Virus record (IMG/VR): IMGVR_UViG_3300021495_000002
Span: 1-64,000 of that record
Length of the DNA: 64,000 bases
Source of the DNA: a virus
Direction: 5' to 3' (one strand)
Position 1 is the first letter of the stretch, and the number at the start of each line of letters is the position of its first letter. Below are positions 1-9,540 of this stretch, one piece after another. A program made the position numbers and the translations under genes. The notes beneath the pieces were generated by a model. The model searched no databases. It saw only the letters and a list, made by a program, of their open reading frames with translations, and was not told where the DNA came from.

Positions 1-1331
1 CGCTCATAGGCTGTAACTTCTGCTGCTAAGTCCCTGTTATAGAATCTGGATTTTTCATATCCTAACATCCCTACACAAGCGTTGAGCAAGAACTTGTAAG
101 ACACATTCCATATCTGACTCTGGGTGTCCCCTCTTTCTTTATATAGTTTTTTGAATTCAAGTCTTCTTTCAAATATTTCTTTGATTGTCTCTGTGAGGAT
201 TCCAGGATTTCTAATGTCTCTATCAGGAGATATATTGAAGTGCATAACTATCGAAGGATATAGACTGACCAAGTCTAAGACTGTGACGTCTCTGTGCAAG
301 CCTTTTTGTGGATCCCTGACAAGTGCTCCTTTATATTTCGTGTGTGACACCTGTCCCCTATTTGGGAGAACGTATTTATTGTGATAACGTTTTAAGAGAT
401 AGGCTTCGATAATACTACTACGATTCATTATATCAATGGTATTGAGGGGAACGAGATTTTGAAATGAAAAGACCAATTGTGACAATCTCAGTTTCTCATC
501 AATCTCCTTGGTCAAAGTCACATCCTCTATACAATGTAAGAGTTCTGGAAGGGATTTGTCTTTACGTCTCCCTAAAACAAGATAAGCAACATGATCTAAG
601 AAATATCTTCCTCCCCTCTCCCCAAATTCTCTATATGCTCTCATTAAATCGAGAGGTTGGCTTTCTCCTATGGTTAATTCATCATGATAACTATGAAATA
701 TCTTTCTTGTCCTCGAACGATTGAAGAGGTAGGGCAAGTCGTAGTTCGAGGAATTCCAACCTACTAACAAATCAAAATCTAATTTCTTACAGAATGAGAA
801 GAATGAATTCAGAAGTTGTTCATCATTCTTAAATATGAATGCTTTAACTCCATCTATCGCATAATCCTCCAATACGAATGGATAATGTCTGTTCGTGAAA
901 TTATCATAAGCATCAATCACGGTAATAGGGAGTGGAGCGTTCTCAGTATCAAGAGAACCATTCCCTCTCTCAACTTCTATATCAAAATAAAGAATCCTTC
1001 TATTGAGTCCGTATGTCAATCCTGAATCTATGAGGTAGCGAGTGAGGTATGGAATATCTGCTTCTGCACAAAAATCTACGTTTCTCTTTCCTTTTTCGAG
1101 ATCCTTTATTGAATTGAAAGAAATTTTATCTAAGGGTTCTCCAGTATAGGACTTGAATCCACTCTCTCTTTTCACAATTGGAAACGATGTGCTCTCATCG
1201 GGTCTGATGTAGAAATATGGATACTCTCCTTTTCTCACTGAGTAGGTGACACTCCAGCCATCTCTAAATTTGAGCTTAAGAGTTGGTCTTGAACTTCTTG
1301 AGCCAATAAGTGAAGCATTTACAAGTTCCAT
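1..1331 (-). CDS. polB: Family B DNA polymerase, N-terminal part (gene continues past the left edge)
   Basis: Own minus-strand translation; absent from the ORF track because there is no stop in the window. Starts MELVNASLIG from the ATG at 1331. Exo I ILYFDIEVERG (~965-1000), Exo II GWNSSNYDLPYLF (~725-765), pol motif A VLDLVSLYPSIV (~235-270), motif B-like YKFLLNACVGMLG (~65-105). Frame stays open down to nt 1. Confidence 0.9.
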   Translation of the reverse strand, partial: MELVNASLIGSRSSRPTLKLKFRDGWSVTYSVRKGEYPYFYIRPDESTSFPIVKRESGFKSYTGEPLDKISFNSIKDLEKGKRNVDFCAEADIPYLTRYLIDSGLTYGLNRRILYFDIEVERGNGSLDTENAPLPITVIDAYDNFTNRHYPFVLEDYAIDGVKAFIFKNDEQLLNSFFSFCKKLDFDLLVGWNSSNYDLPYLFNRSRTRKIFHSYHDELTIGESQPLDLMRAYREFGERGGRYFLDHVAYLVLGRRKDKSLPELLHCIEDVTLTKEIDEKLRLSQLVFSFQNLVPLNTIDIMNRSSIIEAYLLKRYHNKYVLPNRGQVSHTKYKGALVRDPQKGLHRDVTVLDLVSLYPSIVMHFNISPDRDIRNPGILTETIKEIFERRLEFKKLYKERGDTQSQIWNVSYKFLLNACVGMLGYEKSRFYNRDLAAEVTAYE

Positions 1332-2032
1332 TCCCAAAACTCCTCCAAACTTCTTTGATTCTTATCTCTACCCAAAACTCTTTCCTGTGTTATTTCACAA
1401 TATTTTTCTGATATTTCTATTGCAATCCATCTGCGATTGTATTTTTCACACGCTACCGCCGTTACGCCTGTGCCCCCGAATGGATCAAGGACAATTTCCC
1501 CTTCCTTAGGACTGCCACGGAGTAGTAACCTCTCCCAAAATTTAAGTGGCTTAGGGCAAGGGTGATCATACGATTGATTATCTAATCCTGTTGCTTCTAT
1601 GACGTCACTTCTCGCACCAAGTCCCTCTCTCAAATACGGATCTACTCCATACGCGAGAATAGGCTGCCATTGAGCAAATCCCCACTTACCTCTTGAGTTT
1701 GTTGTCTTGTATATCCATGCTAAAATCCAACGTGGAGGAGGATAGAGGGAAATATTAGTAAGACCACAGGTAAGTAACATGACTTTACTCACGCGTAAGG
1801 CTTGAGGCATGAATTCCTTTATAATAGATTTGAGATTTTCCTCAGTATCTTCGTAAGTATCATACTCCTTACCTAATGCGTAAGGAGGATCTGTCAATGT
1901 TAAATCGACGCTTTTATCGGGAAGAGTTTTCAAGATTTCGATGCAGTCTCCACAGAGCAATATTCCGTTGTCTGTGTGAAAATAATGATATTTGCTTTCG
2001 ATTAACTTCCTCTGCAATTCACGCCAATCCAT
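1319..2032 (-). CDS. DNA methyltransferase, N6-adenine/N4-cytosine class (DPPY)
   Basis: Catalytic motif LTDPPYALG near the N terminus and AdoMet motif VLDPFGGTGVTAVA near the C terminus. Confidence 0.85.
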   Translation of the reverse strand: MDWRELQRKLIESKYHYFHTDNGILLCGDCIEILKTLPDKSVDLTLTDPPYALGKEYDTYEDTEENLKSIIKEFMPQALRVSKVMLLTCGLTNISLYPPPRWILAWIYKTTNSRGKWGFAQWQPILAYGVDPYLREGLGARSDVIEATGLDNQSYDHPCPKPLKFWERLLLRGSPKEGEIVLDPFGGTGVTAVACEKYNRRWIAIEISEKYCEITQERVLGRDKNQRSLEEFWEWNL

Positions 2033-2033
2033 T

Positions 2034-3170
2034 TTAAAATCCTATTCTTTCGATTGTAGATGGTTTCTCGAATAGTTTTGTTTGTGCAACTACTGATTTC
2101 AATTCTTGATAAGCCATTTCACAATAGTCCCTGTTCAGATCTATTACAATACTGTTCCGTCCTAATTTTTCTGCCACTATTCCGACGGTTCCCCTTCCTC
2201 CGAAGGGATCGAGTATAGTATTGCCTGCTCGACTTCCAACTTTTATCAATGGAAATATAAGTTTCTCAGGAAACGTTGCAAAGTGCATACCCGAAAATGA
2301 AGAATGAGAAATTGACCAAACGTCACCAGGATTAGCACCTAACGGGTGAAGATTTACCACTAAATAATCTCCCTCCGCGTATTGATATTGAGATATTGCC
2401 ATATTTTGTTCTCTTTGATATTTCTTCGACTTATCGAGTAAGTCACTAAAGGTAACAGATACTTTTCGTTTTGCATTTGGTCTTGGCTTATTTATTCTAC
2501 CACCACCACCATACTCAGGGTGATTTGAGTATTTGTGTTTGTTGCTAACTGCTCTCAAGACTCTCTTCTTGCTTGTTTCTTTGTGAGGAACTCTTACTGT
2601 GTCTAAATCAAACCAGTAGTTTTTATTCTTCACTAACATAAATACAGGTTCATAAGTATTCGTAAATCTGTCTTTCACACTTTCAGGTTTGTGATTAGGT
2701 TTATACCAAATGATCACATTCCTCAGTATAAGCCCTAATTCATCTACACAACGAGCAATAAACCTGAAATTTTGAAGTGCCAAACATTTAGTTTTTACTT
2801 GACGTCCTTCGCTTCTCCTTCTCGGATTGCTCTCATAAGGCAAGTGATAGTTTTCTTTAGAGTTTAAGACTTCTGGCGGATTTTTCCACGCTCCTGCTCC
2901 ACTACCTCCGTAGCAGTCTCCGTGATTCCAAAAAATGACTCCCGTCTTCTTTAATACTCTTTTCAACTCCTGCATTACTTCTATAAGATGATCGAGATAT
3001 AAATCTAATGTTGGCTCTAATCCAATTTCTTTCTTTTTGTCTGAATGGTCATCTGGGAGATATGAGCGTAAACCCCAGTAGGGTGGCGAAGTGACAATAC
3101 AATCTACACACTCATCTGGCAACGTCTTTAGAACTTCAAGCGTGTCTCCACAAATTATCTTATGCCTCAT
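2034..3170 (-). CDS. DNA methyltransferase, N4-cytosine/N6-adenine class (SPPY)
   Basis: IVTSPPYWGLRSY catalytic motif and ILDPFGGRGTVGIVA AdoMet motif. Abuts the other methyltransferase gene. Confidence 0.85.
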   Translation of the reverse strand: MRHKIICGDTLEVLKTLPDECVDCIVTSPPYWGLRSYLPDDHSDKKKEIGLEPTLDLYLDHLIEVMQELKRVLKKTGVIFWNHGDCYGGSGAGAWKNPPEVLNSKENYHLPYESNPRRRSEGRQVKTKCLALQNFRFIARCVDELGLILRNVIIWYKPNHKPESVKDRFTNTYEPVFMLVKNKNYWFDLDTVRVPHKETSKKRVLRAVSNKHKYSNHPEYGGGGRINKPRPNAKRKVSVTFSDLLDKSKKYQREQNMAISQYQYAEGDYLVVNLHPLGANPGDVWSISHSSFSGMHFATFPEKLIFPLIKVGSRAGNTILDPFGGRGTVGIVAEKLGRNSIVIDLNRDYCEMAYQELKSVVAQTKLFEKPSTIERIGF

Positions 3171-3171
3171 T

Positions 3172-3825
3172 CTAACATATCTTTCTCATTCGTTTTTGAA
3201 GATCTTCTATATCTATATCAAACTTCTTCTGGAGTTCTTCTTTTCTGATATACAATTGGGTGACCAAATCATCTTTTACTTTGACTATTTTAGCTAACCC
3301 CTCCAATAATTCGTTTATCTTTTCCTTGTTTTGGAATTCGACCTTGAGTCGTCTCTGAAGATCCAATATCCGAGAAGACTTTTCTATCTCAGTGTTTGCA
3401 GTCTTCAATTTTCGTGAAATTTTGTAAACCTCTCGTATCAATTGACGGATCTCCTCATCGTCTTGCGATTGAACAATCTCTAAAAACTCCCTCCGCGTTA
3501 GGGAAAACGGTGAAATTATAAATCCACCACTCTTAATCTTGAAACCAGAGAATCGACCATATCCGCTTTCTTCTTTAAGTATTTCGTCCACCGCTATCAA
3601 TTTCCTTACGTAATCATCAGAGTAGTCAATGGCGATTGAAAGATAATAATCGTCTTCAGGGAAATACTGTCCATAACATGTGTCACTGTTGTGATAAACG
3701 ACTTCAAGTAAAACGTCCTCTAATTCACCCTTAAGAACTTTATTAAGAATGCGAACATTCGTCTCAAGCATTGTGATTTCTTGAGAAATTCGTTCCCTAT
3801 CTATCCAATCACTTAGTTTTTTCAT
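3172..3825 (-). CDS. Hypothetical protein with a coiled-coil C-terminal half
   Basis: 217-aa ORF packed between neighbours on the same strand. K/E-rich heptad-like C terminus. No motif recognised. Confidence 0.6.
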   Translation of the reverse strand: MKKLSDWIDRERISQEITMLETNVRILNKVLKGELEDVLLEVVYHNSDTCYGQYFPEDDYYLSIAIDYSDDYVRKLIAVDEILKEESGYGRFSGFKIKSGGFIISPFSLTRREFLEIVQSQDDEEIRQLIREVYKISRKLKTANTEIEKSSRILDLQRRLKVEFQNKEKINELLEGLAKIVKVKDDLVTQLYIRKEELQKKFDIDIEDLQKRMRKIC

Positions 3826-3942
3826 TTTTCCTCTCCTTATATTGTTCAGGAATAGTGGTCCAGTATAGACTATAACAATAAGGACAATACAACAATCCCA
3901 ATTTCAGTCTTTTCAAATTCGTATTATTACAAACCGGGCACT

Positions 3943-4800
3943 CTAACATTTATGTTTCCTCCATTTACACAATTTGGGAACACAATATCCCTGCTTTCGT
4001 ATCTTTCCACATGACGGAATTCTGTATTTTTTACTCCTTATTTGGTTTATCTGGTATTCTGTCATTTCCTCATCCCAGTCTTCCCAGTTGTATCGTCTTG
4101 CTTCATCAATAATTTCTTCGTTGCTCTTACCTTGCGCTATCCTTAGAGCCGCCCACCCAAACCTTATGAATTGAGATGGGTGACTTTCTTGAATGAAATA
4201 TTCAATACAGGGACGATAATATTCCTGATCTATTTCGTCTGGTAACGAGTGAAAGACTCTTGTTGGCAACTCATTGCCATCGAGAACCTCAAAAGGACTT
4301 ACGAATCTCGTCAGATTTTGTTTTATTATCCTTACCCTCCGATTGAGTTCTGGATAATAACTCCCTGGAAGACGAGCGATGCCATTCAAGATGCCATCTG
4401 TGATGTCATCATAATATTCAATTCCAACTGTCTCAATAATATAGTCTGAAATACATCGAAACGCGTTTGTATCAGTTTCGATAGGCGAGAGATGAAGATA
4501 GAAATGATAGCCACGCTTAGGCTCTGCAACAGTGTAAGAATAATTTCGTCGTTTACAAAAATTTTGAAGTTTGATAATTTCTCTTTCCGCTTTAAGCTTT
4601 TCACAATCAAAATCAAAAAAGAAGTAAAGAGGAAATGCTTTATTCTCTTGGAAGACGCTAATGCTTGCATAAAGAGGGGACCGAGTCATCAATCGTTTCT
4701 TAATTTCCCTCGATGAATGAACCGGAAATTGCTTTCGACTCTCCACAGCAATTCTTCGGTAAAAACCTTTAGGGATATAATAGAATATATCGTAGTTCAT
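3943..4800 (-). CDS. Archaeo-eukaryotic primase (AEP) superfamily primase-polymerase-like protein
   Basis: AEP-like motifs YFFFDFDCE (DxD), KRGYHFYLHL (sxH) and IARLPGSYY. Cys-rich C-terminal tail CGKIRKQGYCVPKLCKWRKHKC. Confidence 0.6.
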   Translation of the reverse strand: MNYDIFYYIPKGFYRRIAVESRKQFPVHSSREIKKRLMTRSPLYASISVFQENKAFPLYFFFDFDCEKLKAEREIIKLQNFCKRRNYSYTVAEPKRGYHFYLHLSPIETDTNAFRCISDYIIETVGIEYYDDITDGILNGIARLPGSYYPELNRRVRIIKQNLTRFVSPFEVLDGNELPTRVFHSLPDEIDQEYYRPCIEYFIQESHPSQFIRFGWAALRIAQGKSNEEIIDEARRYNWEDWDEEMTEYQINQIRSKKYRIPSCGKIRKQGYCVPKLCKWRKHKC

Positions 4801-4946
4801 TTCAGAGATATTGTCTTGTCTGTGATTACAGTACGAGCATCCACTATTGTGACGTCGCCTTTAGTTGAGATGTACACATCTCCGTTTCTAAAGACTGTGA
4901 CTCGAACACCATACATCTCAATTGTCTGACCTTCCATTGGCTTCAT
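4797..4946 (-). CDS. Small hypothetical protein (49 aa)
   Basis: Own translation MKPMEGQTIEMYGVRVTVFRNGDVYISTKGDVTIVDARTVITDKTISLK. Its stop overlaps the ATG of the AEP gene (ATGA). Below the ORF-track size cutoff. Confidence 0.4.
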   Translation of the reverse strand: MKPMEGQTIEMYGVRVTVFRNGDVYISTKGDVTIVDARTVITDKTISLK

Positions 4947-5624
4947 TTAAACTCCTCCTTTTAAAAGAAAAGTTTCAAGATTATCTGCAACATCTTCTGC
5001 TGAATCCAGTACATTCTCTAATCTTTTAAGAATGTCCAGCAAAAGTATTCTTTCACCTTCACTTTTAAAAACTCCATTTGTGATGGAAGTGAACCATTTC
5101 CTGTACAATTCATCTCCTCTGATTTCACATTTGTTGATGCTCTCTATGAAGCTACTCAGTTGTTTCTGATTGTGAATTACGTCGGGAAGTAGCGTTACTG
5201 CATAATACGTGTCAATTATGGCTTTCTCGATATATTGAATAAAAGAATCACGCAATTGAAGGGCACGAGGATTACAATCGAAATTGGTTATCCTCCACAC
5301 TACCGCCTCTATACTATCTATAATATCATCAAGATTCTGTAAGAAGTTTCGAATGTCCTCTTTCTCTTCGGTCACTCTCGTGTGATCATACAAGAGGGAT
5401 CTAATTATATCATGAACTATAACGTCAGCTTCTACTTCCAGTGTCTTGGCTCTCACGTTCGTGGTAGAAGGATGTTCATTTTCTCCCAGATGTTTTAAAT
5501 TGTCAACGCTTTTCACTGCCAAGGATGCCAATTTTTCAAAATCCGAAAAGTATTTTTGAGTCCTTGGCAAGGCATGACTGAGAACCCTCCTAATTTGTTC
5601 CAAAATTTCGTTTAGGGTTTTCAT
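4947..5624 (-). CDS. DUF47 / PhoU-like (TIGR00153-type) protein
   Basis: Pattern LEVEADVIVHDI...EKEDIRNFLQNLDDIIDSIE...INKCEIRGDELYRK...ILKRLENVLDSAEDVADNLETFLLK follows the two-repeat DUF47 signature. Start taken at MKTLNEIL (5624) rather than the track start at 5690. Confidence 0.7.
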   Translation of the reverse strand: MKTLNEILEQIRRVLSHALPRTQKYFSDFEKLASLAVKSVDNLKHLGENEHPSTTNVRAKTLEVEADVIVHDIIRSLLYDHTRVTEEKEDIRNFLQNLDDIIDSIEAVVWRITNFDCNPRALQLRDSFIQYIEKAIIDTYYAVTLLPDVIHNQKQLSSFIESINKCEIRGDELYRKWFTSITNGVFKSEGERILLLDILKRLENVLDSAEDVADNLETFLLKGGV

Positions 5625-6267
5625 TTTGATTATCTTTATCCTCTCCATAAAAGAAATCATATATACGTTTCTTTGCGGGGGTATCCGCATTTTTGGCTTC
5701 TTCTATTACGCTTATGAGAGTCCCGTATTCCCGAAGTAATTTTTCAGCAGTCACATTACCAATACGAGGAACGCACATAAGAGAAGCAATCCTTAGTGAA
5801 TGTAAATTCGCATTAAGTTTTGAGATCTTGAGGTCTGCTGTTCGAGGAGGTTTTACACTCACCTTCTTCTGGAACATCACATCAAGGTGTTTGAATGCAC
5901 TACTCAACTTTGCAAATTCTATGATTGGGATGCCCATCATAAGGACTGAAACCTTTGCACCTTCTACCATTGAATTAGTGATTCCCCTCCTTGAGATCAC
6001 TTCTCGCCAAGAGAAATCATCCCCGTCAATAAGAAGAAACGAATGTTTGTAATTTGTTTTCATTACATACAGATTTGTCCAAAAATCTGAACGCCTTGCA
6101 GATGTGACGAAATCCGAAGGCGTCTTTCGTTCTACTATTATGTCCTCGAATTGAATATCCCCAACCTCTAATTTAGCTCGTTTAACTTTGTAGTCCTTGA
6201 GAGTTTTGGTTGCAATGTCAAGAACGTGTTTGGGTTCTCGAGTGTCAATTATTACCTCTTTGTCCAT
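5590..6267 (-). CDS. ERCC4-type (XPF/Mus81/Hef family) structure-specific nuclease with C-terminal HhH
   Basis: VIIDTREP plus the GDxnERKx3D signature (VGDIQFEDIIVERKTPSDF). C-terminal helix-hairpin-helix LMCVPRIGNVTAEKLLREYGTL. Confidence 0.85.
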   Translation of the reverse strand: MDKEVIIDTREPKHVLDIATKTLKDYKVKRAKLEVGDIQFEDIIVERKTPSDFVTSARRSDFWTNLYVMKTNYKHSFLLIDGDDFSWREVISRRGITNSMVEGAKVSVLMMGIPIIEFAKLSSAFKHLDVMFQKKVSVKPPRTADLKISKLNANLHSLRIASLMCVPRIGNVTAEKLLREYGTLISVIEEAKNADTPAKKRIYDFFYGEDKDNQNENPKRNFGTN

Positions 6268-6269
6268 CT

Positions 6270-6662
6270 CTACCTATACATAGGATTGTCAGAAGAGATA
6301 GTATTTGTATTTGAATTTACATCGGGATATGATGCACCTTGAAGGGAGAGCAGGTCCTCCTCACTCAACTCCTCAAATAATTCTGCAATAAGCTCCTCCA
6401 AAAACAAATCTATTGCGTCATCTAAGTCTTCTTTCTTTATGTCCTTAGCCAGTTCCTCAAGGCACATGACCAGCGCTGCTCGTAGTATAGCTGGATTGTC
6501 TTCCCTTTCCTTCAGCTTTAGAAGTATATCCTCTTTCAGTTTCTTAGCTGATTGTTTACCTTTCTTAGAACTAATGACTGTGCCTATCGCAGCACTTATC
6601 CTCTCTAAGTTTATCTTCATGCTTCTTGCTCCATCTTTGACAATCGAATTATACAAAACCAT
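6270..6662 (-). CDS. Hypothetical acidic protein
   Basis: 130-aa ORF overlapping the upstream gene end. E/D/L-rich. No motif recognised. Confidence 0.55.
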   Translation of the reverse strand: MVLYNSIVKDGARSMKINLERISAAIGTVISSKKGKQSAKKLKEDILLKLKEREDNPAILRAALVMCLEELAKDIKKEDLDDAIDLFLEELIAELFEELSEEDLLSLQGASYPDVNSNTNTISSDNPMYR

Positions 6663-7413
6663 GATCTTTTTTCAAGGGAAGCTGATGCCATTTACTTTCC
6701 AGCTTCCCCAAATATCTTCTTCTTCGTATTTGTTTATAGAGGGTCTTGGCGTCAGTTTCTACTTTAAAATTAGGAGTACGAAGTTGAAGAACATATTTTG
6801 CATTATAAGCTAAAGTGTCTCCACCCCAAATCCTTCCTTCATCAAATTTATTTGCTTTATCTTGACTCTGATGTGATACCACTACTATAGCTACATTTGT
6901 TTCGTCTAAAATTAACGATAACTGACCAAGGATCCGAGATATGACATCTGCCCTCGCACCAAAGTTCTGTCTCGCGCTACCCATCGCACCTTTGATTGGA
7001 GTAGTGATAGAATCAAGTACCAAGATGTCACATTTATGTTGTTTAATGTATTCTAAGACTGGAAATTTATCAGTGGTAGTAATATTACTCTCGACTTTCC
7101 CTGCCTTGCCCTCTTGTCCTTTAGTGATTAGTTGAATATCTAATCCAAGTACATTAGCTAATGAATAGAGAGAACGACAATTCAATTGAAAGGGCTGACG
7201 AAATCGCTTTTCGAATCTGGGTTGGAGAAACTCACTAAATGCTTTTGGATCTCCGATCTCGGTATTTATAACTACACTATTGTATTGACAAGCTAACTGA
7301 TAAGCCAATAAAGACTTACCAGAATTGGGACCCCCAAAGAGAAATAGCATCTCATTGGGGGTCAATCCGCCATCTACTAATTCATCGGCTACTTTCGAGT
7401 CAAATTTGAACAT
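6649..7413 (-). CDS. RecA/RadA/KaiC-superfamily ATPase (RadB-like)
   Basis: Walker A FGGPNSGKSLLAYQLA and Walker B DILVLDSITT. Size and layout resemble archaeal RadA paralogs. Confidence 0.7.
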   Translation of the reverse strand: MFKFDSKVADELVDGGLTPNEMLFLFGGPNSGKSLLAYQLACQYNSVVINTEIGDPKAFSEFLQPRFEKRFRQPFQLNCRSLYSLANVLGLDIQLITKGQEGKAGKVESNITTTDKFPVLEYIKQHKCDILVLDSITTPIKGAMGSARQNFGARADVISRILGQLSLILDETNVAIVVVSHQSQDKANKFDEGRIWGGDTLAYNAKYVLQLRTPNFKVETDAKTLYKQIRRRRYLGKLESKWHQLPLKKDHGFV

Positions 7414-8296
7414 TTTCTAAAGACTCCAATATGGACAATACAGATACGTTGGGTGGTTTTACGGTGCCACCCTTAGCTTCTGCGTGTCCACCAACTTCAA
7501 TCTCTATATTGGATTTTTCAGCTCCTTCTCTGAGTTTTTGTTCAAGCCACGAAGATAAATCACCCCGTATTGAGAATGAACCTGTCTCTGAATTCTGTAT
7601 CAATACTGTCTCTTGCATGTCCCTTGAGAGTTGAGTCGCTATCCGACCCTCAACCACTATGTCCGATGATATCGTTCCTATCAAAACGTCGTTCCACTCT
7701 ACTAACTCCAACTCTTGTAGAATGGAATTGGTGGTTGTTTTTAGCAACTTCTTTGCTTCTACACATCGAGGATCATTTACAACATCCATCGGACTCTCTG
7801 CTTCCTCGAGGACATCCCAAGCGTCAAATTCTTGTCCTAATCTACACAAGGCGTTTACGCCAGACGATAACAGATGATACAATCTGAGATGAAAAGGCTC
7901 GTGTTTCCAGCCATAGAATTTTGTGTGTCTCGCTTTCAACATGGGACAAGTATCCCACACTTCTGGAGGAATTGAATAAGGTTCCATATCTCCAACCGCT
8001 CCAACTGCAGTAATCCACCACTTTTCTGTGGGAATCTTGTCCTTGTAATTCTTAAAGACAATCACAGTTGTTGGAGTATCATCGAAAATCAGTTTATATT
8101 TTCTATTCTCTGGATGACCTGGGTGGTGATCGATTACGAGTCCCTTGAACGAGGGACTCGGGTGCATATCAAGGACAACAGTTGAACCTTTCGCTACGTC
8201 TCCAAAATTACGAATCTCTACCTCAGTATCTCCACTTGCTAAAGAATAAAGATAGGCAGAGGCGAGACCATCCGCGTCATGGTGAGTGGAAATCAT
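7400..8296 (-). CDS. DHH-family phosphoesterase (RecJ/GAN/Cdc45-like)
   Basis: THHDADGLASAYLY (DHH motifs I-II), VVLDMHP and VIDHHPGHP (DHH motif III). Confidence 0.75.
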   Translation of the reverse strand: MISTHHDADGLASAYLYSLASGDTEVEIRNFGDVAKGSTVVLDMHPSPSFKGLVIDHHPGHPENRKYKLIFDDTPTTVIVFKNYKDKIPTEKWWITAVGAVGDMEPYSIPPEVWDTCPMLKARHTKFYGWKHEPFHLRLYHLLSSGVNALCRLGQEFDAWDVLEEAESPMDVVNDPRCVEAKKLLKTTTNSILQELELVEWNDVLIGTISSDIVVEGRIATQLSRDMQETVLIQNSETGSFSIRGDLSSWLEQKLREGAEKSNIEIEVGGHAEAKGGTVKPPNVSVLSILESLENVQI

Positions 8297-8892
8297 TTCT
8301 TCAGTTTCAGTCCGTTCTTACCCAAGGAGTACACTCTACCCTTAAGAGATGTCAAAACTTCCTTTACAGAATCGAAGTCCTCTTCTCCTATTTCAAGTCC
8401 AACTTTTAGTGCTAACTCGTCGATGTTCGCGTATGTCTCACCCTCGCAGTTCTTCAGAGCCTCCTTTACCTTTCCCTCTAACTCACCCATCTCTTTGATT
8501 GAAACCTTCCATGTCTGGGTGCCTTTCCTCTGCATCGTAAACACCAAGTCGGTCCACTCCTCAGGATTATCAACGTCTCGTCCACTCTCCTCTATCGCTT
8601 TTCTTATTGCACCTACTGCACTCTCCGTTACAGATAGGACAGCAACTGCATCCTCCTCCATTGCAAATATGTACGTTTCCAGTACTCCATTTCTAAGCTT
8701 CTCGCTCACTTCCCTCCCAGCAAGATCCGTTTCCCCTGGGAAGTATCGTATCCACTCACCCTTACCGAGCTGTGTACCTTCAGGAGTTGTCCCTCCCTCA
8801 AATCTAAATGTTACCACTTTTCCATCATTCTGTCCAAAAAATATCACAGGAACTGTGGTTTTTATTTCACCCATCTTAACTACTTCTGGCAT
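8293..8892 (-). CDS. Hypothetical protein in the replication module
   Basis: 199-aa ORF with a 4-nt overlap to the DHH gene. Normal amino-acid composition. The antisense 220-aa ORF (8279-8941) is S/P/F-rich shadow. Confidence 0.6.
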   Translation of the reverse strand: MPEVVKMGEIKTTVPVIFFGQNDGKVVTFRFEGGTTPEGTQLGKGEWIRYFPGETDLAGREVSEKLRNGVLETYIFAMEEDAVAVLSVTESAVGAIRKAIEESGRDVDNPEEWTDLVFTMQRKGTQTWKVSIKEMGELEGKVKEALKNCEGETYANIDELALKVGLEIGEEDFDSVKEVLTSLKGRVYSLGKNGLKLKK

Positions 8893-8918
8893 ATTTCATA
8901 CCTCCTCTTTTTTTAATT

Positions 8919-9341
8919 TTATATTTTATCCTCTTCTCTAAATAAACAATGCAAAGCGGTTGTATAAGATGCTCGCAAAGCTCCTTTGTGAATCTTTATC
9001 AATTCCTTTTCATACTTCTCTTTGTTAGCTACGTTGGCAATGGGAAGAACTTGTTTCCACTTCATAGCCTCACAATGAATTGCGGAATCAAATGTATCTG
9101 TTATGTCTCTGACTATACTCCTTTGGCTAAAATCTCCTCTAAATAACTTGGAGATTCTTTTACGATAACTATCTCTAATTTGTTCTCTTTCAAGAGGTAA
9201 ATGAAAGTCTCGATTTTCGATCTCAGCACTTATAGCTCTTTCAAAGATATCCAATATTTTCTCTACTATATCAGTCATATCTCCTTCCTCCCTTAACGCT
9301 ATAAATATATTAAGACCAAGGAGAGTGCTTTGATAACTCAT
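8919..9341 (-). CDS. Hypothetical protein
   Basis: Track ORF is 8919-9398. Start moved to MSYQSTLLG (9341) because it forms an ATGA overlap with the stop of an upstream small ORF. Confidence 0.5.
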   Translation of the reverse strand: MSYQSTLLGLNIFIALREEGDMTDIVEKILDIFERAISAEIENRDFHLPLEREQIRDSYRKRISKLFRGDFSQRSIVRDITDTFDSAIHCEAMKWKQVLPIANVANKEKYEKELIKIHKGALRASYTTALHCLFREEDKI

Positions 9342-9502
9342 TGAAACGACTCCCGAATTTGTTTCTGTGTTCTTGAAGAAAAGTACCATCGAAGCCAACT
9401 TTTCTTGCGATGATGAACACCCACCTCTGTGATGCGTCCATACCTATTCACAAGAAACTTCTTTATGAATCTCCACTGGTCTTCTATTTCTAAAACCTTC
9501 AT
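9338..9502 (-). CDS. Small hypothetical protein (54 aa)
   Basis: Own translation MKVLEIEDQWRFIKKFLVNRYGRITEVGVHHRKKSWLRWYFSSRTQKQIRESFQ. Stop overlaps the next ATG. Confidence 0.35.
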   Translation of the reverse strand: MKVLEIEDQWRFIKKFLVNRYGRITEVGVHHRKKSWLRWYFSSRTQKQIRESFQ

Positions 9503-9540
9503 TTTGTGTTCCAATATAATATTTCAAATTTGAAAGTATG

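Noticed and set aside
8279-8941. 220-aa plus-strand ORF, the longest plus-strand ORF in the left arm
   Set aside because: It lies antisense to 8293-8892. Its product is S/P/F/T-rich low-complexity sequence with no start context, while the minus-strand product has normal composition and operon-style overlaps. Treated as a shadow ORF. The same reasoning applies to the other plus-strand ORFs between 1 and 26764 (for example 5693-6052, 6439-6813, 7570-7887, 19379-19735, 23906-24307, 25084-25440).
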